From Escherichia phage vB_EcoM_F1, in the sequence record NC_054912.1: DNA of 64,000 nt; one strand, written 5' to 3'. The stretch's first letter is position 1. Each line of letters starts with the position of its first letter. This document shows, one piece after another, positions 1 through 7,273 of this stretch. The notes under the pieces are model-generated. The model was not told the origin of the DNA and searched no databases. It saw only the letters and a program-made list of their open reading frames with translations. The translations under genes were made by a program, and so were the position numbers.

Positions 1-191
1 ATTAGCCGTGCATTAGGAGCAGTGCACAAAACTTTGCATCCTTTGAATACGCCTTTTTGCAATTTGTATTGCTTGGGATAAAATTCGCTCAAAATGTTAT
101 TATTTGCTAAAATTTCAAAATGATTCACCAATTTATTTTTAATAGTTTTTGGTGAAAAATAAAGATATTCGAAAAGCTGTGTGTCTGTCAT
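1..191 (-). CDS. hypothetical protein, N-terminal part only (gene runs off window start)
   Basis: ATG at 191-189 overlapping the stop of the upstream gene (ATGA); frame stays open to position 1; begins MTDTQLFEYLYFSPKTIKNK. Confidence 0.4.
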   Translation of the reverse strand, partial: MTDTQLFEYLYFSPKTIKNKLVNHFEILANNNILSEFYPKQYKLQKGVFKGCKVLCTAPNARL

Positions 192-730
192 CATTGCATT
201 CCGATTACGAAAAACTGTGGACGAGTAATACCACCAATACAACATTTAATATTACAGCAGCAGTGTACAGTGTCAATATGGACACTATAAATCTTATCCA
301 TATCAGGAGATTTGACAGGCTCATCAATTATATACAAAATTCGCGAAAGCGATAAACCTCTGAACTTGCTTCCTTTATTACCGATAAAACTGCGCACAGA
401 ATCAGTAAATAAACGAAAACGTATATCATCATTAGAATAACGCGAAAATTCCTTTTTGATGCTATTTGCAGAAATTTTAGCGTAAGCTGAAGTATTAGAA
501 AGAACAATAACTGTTCCACCGTCATACAACCAATTAGCGGCAAAATTAGTTACTGCAGTTGATTTACCGGATTGACGTCCACCATCTAGTCGAAGTGTGC
601 AATACTGCTTAAGTAAGTCTTCAAATGGTGGGATATAATCGTTTTTACAAATTTCTTCTACTCTAGCATCAGAATGGTGTGTAAAAGCATTCATCAGGGA
701 TAGATAAGGACCAGTTAAAAATGTTCTCAT
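191..730 (-). CDS. hypothetical protein with Walker A-like (GGRQSGKST) and Walker B-like (LYIIDEP) motifs; possible small P-loop NTPase
   Basis: 179 aa ORF with ATG start; P-loop motifs read from translation; odd Cys-rich C-terminus. Confidence 0.45.
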   Translation of the reverse strand: MRTFLTGPYLSLMNAFTHHSDARVEEICKNDYIPPFEDLLKQYCTLRLDGGRQSGKSTAVTNFAANWLYDGGTVIVLSNTSAYAKISANSIKKEFSRYSNDDIRFRLFTDSVRSFIGNKGSKFRGLSLSRILYIIDEPVKSPDMDKIYSVHIDTVHCCCNIKCCIGGITRPQFFVIGMQ

Positions 731-882
731 TTCTTCTCTCTAAGTTTGGGCCATTCCGTGGCGCATGAATTGTCCATTTCTGTATTTACCCATTACCGCA
801 CTTGGGCTCGACCTTATTACAGGTTGGCGGGAATCCCTCACAAAATCATGAGGTCCAGGTTGTTCCCATATTTCTTATTTGC

Positions 883-1356
883 TTATTTGAATGATTTAAC
901 GTACTGAATAGAACCTTTACTATTCACGAAAGCGATTTTACCATTTTTATTATACATGGTAGCAGTACGCTGATATCCATAAGTTTGCTTACCAGATTGA
1001 TAACCAACTAATGCGAAATTATCTTCACCCATTTTATTCTGTTTAGCGCGAATGCGTTCATGACCATGTGCCATAAGAACCTTAGCATCACCCGTTGCAA
1101 TGGATCTACGAGTTTTTTCATCTTCAACTGTATTAACAAAGTCGTCAAATGAATCAAATTTAGCATGAGATTTATTATACAGTTTTCCATCTACTGCATA
1201 ATTATATCCTTGTACATCCATCTCAACTTCTGTACCATCATCCAATACAGCAGTGATTTTCTGTCCTTTTTTAAATTTCAAAAGATCAGTAAAAGATTCA
1301 GCAATAATTTGAGAATTAATAGCTGCTTCAGTAATAAATTCTTGATATGTTTTCAT
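883..1356 (-). CDS. internal-protein-like head protein with capsid-targeting-sequence-like N-terminus
   Basis: N-terminus MKTYQEFITEAA matches T4 internal protein CTS pattern; position next to lysozyme e as for T4 ipIII; 157 aa (T4 IPIII is longer). Confidence 0.6.
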   Translation of the reverse strand: MKTYQEFITEAAINSQIIAESFTDLLKFKKGQKITAVLDDGTEVEMDVQGYNYAVDGKLYNKSHAKFDSFDDFVNTVEDEKTRRSIATGDAKVLMAHGHERIRAKQNKMGEDNFALVGYQSGKQTYGYQRTATMYNKNGKIAFVNSKGSIQYVKSFK

Positions 1357-1393
1357 GTGTTTCCTTTAAATATTTTAATTAGTAACTGTGAAT

Positions 1394-1423
1394 ATACTAT
1401 CACAGTTTTAGGAGAAAGTAAAC
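1394..1423 (-). promoter_or_regulatory. early-type promoter (-35 GTTTAC, 18 nt spacer, -10 TAGTAT) overlapping a stem-loop, upstream of the IP-like gene
   Basis: minus-strand GTTTAC at 1423-1418 and TAGTAT at 1399-1394; inverted repeat aactgtga/tcacagtt 1384-1407. Confidence 0.45.
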
Positions 1424-1427
1424 AACT

Positions 1428-1958
<531 letters not shown>

Positions 1959-2414
1959 TTAAAAGAGGTTGTTCATTATTCGGTAAAGTGAAGGACCCAT
2001 CACATATTGCCACTGAGTACGAGGAATAAGAGCAAAAGCATCCATCTCTGGAATCATAACGCCATCTTTATTTTCAAAATAAGACTCGCAATGGCAATTT
2101 CTAAACATCTCATGCTCTACTGGAATCGTATAATAAAATAACTGTAAGTCTTTATTACTAGAATATTTAAATACACCTAGGTCTTCTAGAAGGTCTGGAT
2201 TATAATTGCTAAAACCGGTCTCTTCTAAGCATTCTCTTCGTGCTGCATCTAGTGCACTTAAATCAGAGTTTTCTACACGGCCCTTTGGAATATCCCAACG
2301 ATGTGCCATCATTCCAGGCTTACGAGAACCAGTAACCCGACCCATAAATAAATCTTTATCTTCTGTCATAAAGATAATACCAGCTGATAGTGTTTTCATT
2401 TTAATTTCCTGCAT
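1959..2414 (-). CDS. nudE: Nudix hydrolase (NudE/e.1-like)
   Basis: Nudix box GRVENSDLSALDAARRECLEETG; 151 aa; alternative start at second ATG (2399) has a better RBS. Confidence 0.85.
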   Translation of the reverse strand: MQEIKMKTLSAGIIFMTEDKDLFMGRVTGSRKPGMMAHRWDIPKGRVENSDLSALDAARRECLEETGFSNYNPDLLEDLGVFKYSSNKDLQLFYYTIPVEHEMFRNCHCESYFENKDGVMIPEMDAFALIPRTQWQYVMGPSLYRIMNNLF

Positions 2415-2587
2415 TCAGTGATAAAGTTATTTAAATTTTGAGTATATTTCTTTTCATCAAAAATCTTTTGCTGTCTGCGTAACCGCCATGGCATTTCAAT
2501 GAACATACGCCATATTCCTGATAATACTGCTGCTGTAAAAATATTAACAAGTATGGTTAAAAGAACCCAATCTCCTATTCTGTCCAT
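2396..2587 (-). CDS. small membrane protein (one N-terminal TM helix), unknown function
   Basis: 63 aa ORF, ATG start, hydrophobic segment WVLLTILVNIFTAAVLSGIW; C-terminus ECRKLK encoded by the downstream gene junction. Confidence 0.5.
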   Translation of the reverse strand: MDRIGDWVLLTILVNIFTAAVLSGIWRMFIEMPWRLRRQQKIFDEKKYTQNLNNFITECRKLK

Positions 2588-2883
2588 TGGATTTTTATAA
2601 AAAAGTAAAATACGAACGATGATATAGGAAGACTAATGATATACCACAGAAGAACCTTCTTATCTGTGAACCATTCAGCATTCGTTAACTTAGCGCGACC
2701 GTTTTGAATACATACGAACTTATCATCTGTTACAGTAAATGGCTTAGCTGCTTGATACCCCATTCTAAACTCCCTAATTAATCGTTTCTTTGTATCTTCA
2801 GAACAGCCGCTCCAGTCAACTCTATCAACTGAAATGCCATCGTCCCCATCATCTAAATCATACCAGCGAGTTTTTAAAATCAT
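2575..2883 (-). CDS. hypothetical protein with C-terminal TM helix
   Basis: 102 aa ORF, ATG start overlapping upstream stop (ATGA). Confidence 0.5.
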   Translation of the reverse strand: MILKTRWYDLDDGDDGISVDRVDWSGCSEDTKKRLIREFRMGYQAAKPFTVTDDKFVCIQNGRAKLTNAEWFTDKKVLLWYIISLPISSFVFYFFIKIQWTE

Positions 2884-3242
2884 TTAATTTTCCTACAATC
2901 ACTCACAAACTCTTCCATTGATTCTTTTTCAATATAAGACATATAGCTATTATATTCCTTTAATTGTATTTTGTAATCCTTTTTTCTTTGCCAATTTATT
3001 TTAAAATTATCATAATGAAAATATAACATGGTACCAAAGAATGAAAATAATGAAATTGCTATAGTATAATGAAGTTCACTCCAAACTTCTATTATATTTA
3101 CTGTGCCGTCAATGTTTAAAATAAGACAGTCAATTAACAATCCAAAAAGACTACCCGCAAGAGCTGCAGCCAACGCCACAGCAAAAATTAAAAATGACTC
3201 AGGAAACGAATATTTGACTTTATTTAGTTTTGGCTTTTGCAT
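2880..3242 (-). CDS. small membrane protein (two predicted TM helices), unknown function
   Basis: 120 aa ORF, ATG start; hydrophobic stretches; C-terminus DCRKIK from conserved junction. Confidence 0.5.
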   Translation of the reverse strand: MQKPKLNKVKYSFPESFLIFAVALAAALAGSLFGLLIDCLILNIDGTVNIIEVWSELHYTIAISLFSFFGTMLYFHYDNFKINWQRKKDYKIQLKEYNSYMSYIEKESMEEFVSDCRKIK

Positions 3243-3616
3243 CGTGATTCCTTAACAAATTTCATAATTTCATCAAATTCATACGCAGCAAGTTTAAGCT
3301 GATGTTCCTTTTTAATCTTTTTACACTGTGCTTTCCAATCACGTACGCGTTTACGATAATGCCTTCCTTGATACCAGTATCCTACCCAATTTACAGGTAC
3401 TAATAAAAGTGGAACTATTAATGGAAGAATTAGCGTTGCTCCAAATATTACACCAGATTCAATATCAGTCATAACATCTATAACTATTCCGGCAATCAGC
3501 AGAATCACAAATGATACAGCTACCACAGGACCTATTAACACATCAGTAGAAATTATCTGACGCTTTAATTCATACTTCAACGGTTTACTTGGAAGGTATA
3601 GTGATGGTTTTGACAT
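3224..3616 (-). CDS. small membrane protein (two predicted TM helices), unknown function
   Basis: track ORF starts at TTG 3637; first ATG at 3616 preceded by AAGGAA RBS; hydrophobic stretches. Confidence 0.5.
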   Translation of the reverse strand: MSKPSLYLPSKPLKYELKRQIISTDVLIGPVVAVSFVILLIAGIVIDVMTDIESGVIFGATLILPLIVPLLLVPVNWVGYWYQGRHYRKRVRDWKAQCKKIKKEHQLKLAAYEFDEIMKFVKESRCKSQN

Positions 3617-4193
3617 ATTCTCTACATTCCTTAACAAATTTTTCTAGTAATAAATCGCTTTCAAAATTGGGATTTTCTACGAATTTATCAAAAAGATCAT
3701 CAACAATAGTTAAGATATTCTTTTTGCTAAGAATACGTTTATTTTCATGCTTCGTTTCAGAGTCAACTATAAGAGTAAAGAAATATTTCTTTCCCTGAAA
3801 TTTTACCGTAGTATCAATATAAAATAAATTTGACTTTTGTAAATTACGTTTAAACCATGCGTCACTTAAACTATAAACACCGAGATAATCAAAATCGTCA
3901 TTTAAATAACAAACTGTCCATTCAGGAGAAATGAAATCAGTAAATTCAACATCAAAATCACATGTTAATGAATGAATTGATTCAATACTGTTAATAAGTA
4001 TTCCAGGACGTATTAAAGACTTTTTACCTCTGGAAAATCTTCCAGAAAGACTTTCATTAGTTTCATATGAAGAACCCCAATAATAATTACGCCCTTCTGC
4101 CATACGTTTAAGAGCATTTAATAATTGGTCTGGAACATCAACTTGTCTTTGGAACTCTTCAAACATTGAATTGAAATCATTTTGCATTCTCAT
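3585..4193 (-). CDS. hypothetical protein
   Basis: 202 aa ORF, ATG start with GGAG RBS after a GC hairpin. Confidence 0.55.
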   Translation of the reverse strand: MRMQNDFNSMFEEFQRQVDVPDQLLNALKRMAEGRNYYWGSSYETNESLSGRFSRGKKSLIRPGILINSIESIHSLTCDFDVEFTDFISPEWTVCYLNDDFDYLGVYSLSDAWFKRNLQKSNLFYIDTTVKFQGKKYFFTLIVDSETKHENKRILSKKNILTIVDDLFDKFVENPNFESDLLLEKFVKECREYVKTITIPSK

Positions 4194-4214
4194 TTCTATT
4201 TACTCCAAGTAATA

Positions 4215-4228
4215 GGGGCCGAAGCCCC
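4215..4228 (-). other. GC-rich stem-loop (ggggc-cgaa-gcccc)
   Basis: inverted repeat read directly; near-identical 24-mer recurs at 45675-45698. Confidence 0.5.
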
Positions 4229-4234
4229 TTATCA

Positions 4235-4828
4235 TTATTTCAGAGAATTAATGTATTCCTGAACATCGGCAGAGGTAGTTTCAACCCCAGAAATATTACC
4301 ATTAAAGGTTTCAACTCGAGCAAGGGTATCTTCAATATCAACCTTAGTCAGTGCTGCAATTTCAACTACATCATCGGCAGTACTAATTCCAAGGGCATTT
4401 GCCGCACGAGTTTCACGGATATATTCCAATTTAACTGCAAGCTCTTGACGAGCATCATCTAACTCAACTACTTTCTTGGCGATTTCAATTCGCATTTCAG
4501 CATAACCGTCAGCCTTAGTAGTCAACTGCTCAGCTGTTCGACGATATAGTAAACCGAGTTTAGCATGCATTGTTACATCTTGACCTTCGGAAAGAAGTTT
4601 ACGAATTTCACGCTCTTTTGATTCAGCCTGTCGATTCTTTTCGACAATAAGTTCACGAATACGTTTTTCTTCGTTAATAGATTTAACAGAAGCAGTTTTT
4701 AGATCTTTAATTTTATCAAGTAGTTTTGCTGCTGCAGCAGTATACTGTTCTTCAACAGATAGATTTTTAGCCATAGCAGAACCAAGTTTAGTGCGAATAA
4801 ACTCAACAATTTTCTTCAGTGTGTTCAT
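4235..4828 (-). CDS. coiled-coil protein, PspA/IM30-like candidate
   Basis: 197 aa, all-helical composition, N-terminal amphipathic segment [15 protein letters not shown] resembling the PspA N-terminus; own early promoter. Confidence 0.55.
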   Translation of the reverse strand: MNTLKKIVEFIRTKLGSAMAKNLSVEEQYTAAAAKLLDKIKDLKTASVKSINEEKRIRELIVEKNRQAESKEREIRKLLSEGQDVTMHAKLGLLYRRTAEQLTTKADGYAEMRIEIAKKVVELDDARQELAVKLEYIRETRAANALGISTADDVVEIAALTKVDIEDTLARVETFNGNISGVETTSADVQEYINSLK

Positions 4829-4870
4829 AGTATTTCCTTAGGTTGATTAAAAATTAAAATCTGTGGAAGA

Positions 4871-4900
4871 ATTATATCATGCTATTTAAGAGATGTAAAC
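4871..4900 (-). promoter_or_regulatory. early-type promoter GTTTAC-N18-TATAAT for the coiled-coil gene
   Basis: minus-strand GTTTAC 4900-4895, TATAAT 4876-4871. Confidence 0.5.
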
Positions 4901-5402
4901 TATTTTTAATTTTACAAATTCGTTCAGCTTCTTCAACAGCGGCGGCGATAATGCTTTTAGCTATAGGAGTACTAATACTAGTAGCTTTTACACTTAACAC
5001 GATTTCTTTATCTTTACCAGGCCAACCCCACGATTTTTCACCATGAGTGCCTTTAATTACAGCAGACACCTCAAGTGAGCATCCATTATCACATGTTTTT
5101 ACATTAACAACCCAAGGATCACTTTTCTCAACCGGTTTATCAAACGGTTTATCCCAGTAAATATTAAGAGTACGTGGGACATCAAATTTAGCAGGGCAAA
5201 TCTTAACCGTAAGACCTTCGCTTTCTAGCCAATTAATAAGAGGGCGTTCATACATGCGGCGATGTGGGCTTTGAACTCGACAAGCTTTGTACCCATTGCT
5301 TGCGGCTTCACTAAGCTCTTCTAATACCTGCTTTTGCATTATTGATAAGATACCATCAAAAGATTTTTCGGAAGTTTCATTCAGTTCGGTATAAAGAGAC
5401 AT
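4872..5402 (-). CDS. hypothetical protein
   Basis: track ORF begins at TTG 5417; first ATG at 5402 with GAGGAAA RBS; 176 aa from ATG. Confidence 0.5.
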   Translation of the reverse strand: MSLYTELNETSEKSFDGILSIMQKQVLEELSEAASNGYKACRVQSPHRRMYERPLINWLESEGLTVKICPAKFDVPRTLNIYWDKPFDKPVEKSDPWVVNVKTCDNGCSLEVSAVIKGTHGEKSWGWPGKDKEIVLSVKATSISTPIAKSIIAAAVEEAERICKIKNSLHLLNSMI

Positions 5403-5428
5403 AACAGTTTTCCTCAAATTATAGGCTC

Positions 5429-5458
5429 ATAATATCTCAATCATGAGCCTATGTAAAC
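5429..5458 (-). promoter_or_regulatory. early-type promoter plus stem-loop cassette (GTTTAC-N18-TATTAT)
   Basis: GTTTAC 5458-5453; 10 bp inverted repeat ataggctcat/atgagcctat 5421-5452. Confidence 0.45.
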
Positions 5459-5722
5459 TTATTTCATATTATTGAAATATTCTTCTGCGATTTCATCGTT
5501 ATCATGGTAAACTTTAGAAGACAGTTTAACATAACCTTCAGCAGTGAACATATTAATCACAACCTTTACAGTATACCACTGTCCGTCTTCATTACCCATT
5601 ACTGCGTAAGTTTCAAACATCGGATGGTCAGGACCGATAACTTTAATATCATTCACTGTACGACCAAAATCTTCTGAAACGCATTTCATAAAGAAGTTGA
5701 ACAGTTCGCCGTAATTATCCAT
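5459..5722 (-). CDS. hypothetical protein
   Basis: ORF 5459-5776; the first ATG lies inside the predicted promoter -10, so the ATG at 5722 with GGAGA RBS is the likelier start. Confidence 0.45.
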   Translation of the reverse strand: MDNYGELFNFFMKCVSEDFGRTVNDIKVIGPDHPMFETYAVMGNEDGQWYTVKVVINMFTAEGYVKLSSKVYHDNDEIAEEYFNNMK

Positions 5723-5766
5723 TTCATTCTCCAAGTTGTTTTTCTGTATCAGTAGTTGATAGTTGT

Positions 5767-5796
5767 ATAGTACCATGGAAGAACAGGGATGTAAAC
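5767..5796 (-). promoter_or_regulatory. early-type promoter GTTTAC-N18-TACTAT
   Basis: minus GTTTAC 5796-5791 preceded by TTTCACAAA, -10 TACTAT 5772-5767. Confidence 0.45.
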
Positions 5797-5924
5797 CATT
5801 TTGTGAAAAAAATTTTTAAAAGTTTTAGGGAATTCTAGGGAGGGATGGGCAATTAAAGGATAGGATAATATATTATAAAGGGTATAAACTAAATGATGCC
5901 TAGAGAGGTCCAGAAAGGCCTAGA

Positions 5925-5959
5925 TACCAAAAAGCCCCAACCTTTCGGCTAGGGCTAAG
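5925..5959 (-). repeat. 35 nt direct repeat copy 1 (terminator cassette)
   Basis: taccaaaaagccccaacctttcggctagggctaag; second copy at 6484-6518 with 3 mismatches. Confidence 0.8.
5928..5956 (-). terminator. rho-independent terminator hairpin with GAAA tetraloop and T-run (minus strand)
   Basis: stem agcccc...ggggct 5933-5956 with A-run 5928-5932 on plus; directly after the stop of ORF 5964-6437. Confidence 0.6.
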
Positions 5960-5963
5960 AATG

Positions 5964-6437
5964 TTATTTGATTTGTTTAGCAGACCAAATGCGGTCTTTA
6001 ATAATTTTTTGGATGTCTTCAACATACTCAAGAGAGTGAGCATGTGGGTTATCTTTGAAACTATAAGCACGAGCTAGTTTTTGGCCTTCAGTTTTGATTA
6101 CTAAAAGCTCTTTAAGGATAGCTTCATATTTGGAGATAATTCCTTTAACAATATTTTTCTCTTGTGCGACTTTAGGATCTGCTTTAGGAGCAGGTTTACC
6201 CGAAGCCTTTGCAAAAGCAGCGCCAGTAGCAACTAAACTTTTCCAGGCCATACTAACTGCATTTCCCGTAAATCCTTCCGCTTTCATGTCGCGTGCGAAC
6301 TGGAATCGTGATTCATCAGAAGCATCTTTGTAAGAATATTTACCCGCTGCAATGGCTGCTTTTGCGACAGCTTGAATTTCGGTGCTAGATGCTTCATTTA
6401 ACACCGCTTCATTTAAAAATTGAGTATATGATTTCAT
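5964..6437 (-). CDS. internal-protein-like protein with capsid-targeting-sequence-like N-terminus
   Basis: 157 aa; N-terminus MKSYTQFLNEAV resembles T4 IP CTS; Ala/Lys-rich; late promoter upstream; flanked by repeated terminators. Confidence 0.6.
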   Translation of the reverse strand: MKSYTQFLNEAVLNEASSTEIQAVAKAAIAAGKYSYKDASDESRFQFARDMKAEGFTGNAVSMAWKSLVATGAAFAKASGKPAPKADPKVAQEKNIVKGIISKYEAILKELLVIKTEGQKLARAYSFKDNPHAHSLEYVEDIQKIIKDRIWSAKQIK

Positions 6438-6477
6438 CTTATTTCCTGTTTTAATTCGTGGATTTAATATACTACTA

Positions 6478-6485
6478 TATTTATA
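6478..6485 (-). promoter_or_regulatory. T4 late-promoter box TATAAATA upstream of the IP-like gene
   Basis: minus-strand TATAAATA directly after the terminator T-run, then AGGAAA RBS and ATG at 6437. Confidence 0.55.
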
Positions 6486-6518
6486 CCAAAAAGCCCCAAC
6501 CTTTCGGTCGGGGCTAAG
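6484..6518 (-). repeat. 35 nt direct repeat copy 2 (terminator cassette)
   Basis: taccaaaaagccccaacctttcggtcggggctaag. Confidence 0.8.
6487..6515 (-). terminator. rho-independent terminator ending the tRNA / stable-RNA transcription unit
   Basis: hairpin 6492-6515 plus T-run on minus strand. Confidence 0.6.
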
Positions 6519-6824
6519 CCTTGCGGCAACCTTGTCGGGGTTCCACCTGCTAAGGCAAGTGTTTGTACGAAACGCCGGGATTCGAACCCGGTTATTAAGC
6601 AGTTGACGCTACTCAATATTTTTAAAAGGCCATATCTCGACCATATCCGAACGTTCCGTCAAAAACGCTACTCGGCTTATGGCAAAGATATTTCCTCGAA
6701 TCGATAATTCGGTGCGCCGTTTCTGCTGTGATGTAAGAGGGCATCAATAAACGCAAAGATTATTAACGCAATTCCTTACTCAGGGAACATCAGTCCGACG
6801 ACTTACCGGTAGCGACCCGGTTTC
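6516..6824 (-). ncRNA. putative small stable RNA gene(s), position of T4 rnaC/rnaD (species 1/2 RNAs)
   Basis: about 310 bp with no ORF of 60 aa or more in any frame in a dense genome; tRNA-like T-arm ccgggTTCGAATcccgg at 6578-6592; between tRNA-Arg and a terminator. Confidence 0.3.
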
Positions 6825-7175
6825 TTAATATTCTTTTAAAGAATCAATATATTCACGGCGTTTACGCCACAAATCAATTGCTTCATACGCGGATTCAGCA
6901 TTTCGAATTGGTCGGCATTTATGTAAAGACTTATGATTTTGATATTTTGTAGATAATGGAATTTTATCTAAAAGGTCTTTACGTTCAAAGTATTCGTAAC
7001 CATCTAAGCCAAATGAACGATTTTTGAGAAATTGCCAATGACCAAATTCGTTTTGAATATAAATATAATCCGCATGTTGATAAAGTAAATTAATTTCACG
7101 AAATGAGATATGTTTTTCATATTCATTGAAGTAAAATGTTAAATCATGAACTACTAAATAAACATTACCTTTCAT
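6825..7175 (-). CDS. hypothetical protein
   Basis: track ORF extends to 7223 into tRNA-Arg; ATG at 7175 with GAGGAAA RBS gives a 116 aa product without overlap. Confidence 0.45.
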   Translation of the reverse strand: MKGNVYLVVHDLTFYFNEYEKHISFREINLLYQHADYIYIQNEFGHWQFLKNRSFGLDGYEYFERKDLLDKIPLSTKYQNHKSLHKCRPIRNAESAYEAIDLWRKRREYIDSLKEY

Positions 7176-7193
7176 ATTTTCCTCACTTATAAT

Positions 7194-7270
<77 letters not shown>

Positions 7271-7273
7271 TAA

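Noticed and set aside
149-355. 68 aa plus-strand ORF at the left edge
   Set aside because: Overlaps the longer minus-strand ORFs at 1-191 and 191-730 in a region where neighbouring genes are all minus-strand; no RBS.
3589-3798. 69 aa plus-strand ORF within the accessory island
   Set aside because: Embedded antisense within minus-strand ORF 3585-4193; no independent signals.
6094-6333. 79 aa plus-strand ORF
   Set aside because: Antisense to the Ala/Lys-rich IP-like gene 5964-6437; its low-complexity translation mirrors that composition.
6578-6592. tRNA-like T-arm that might indicate a ninth tRNA
   Set aside because: No acceptor stem or anticodon arm with acceptable pairing could be built around it; kept only as part of the putative stable-RNA region.
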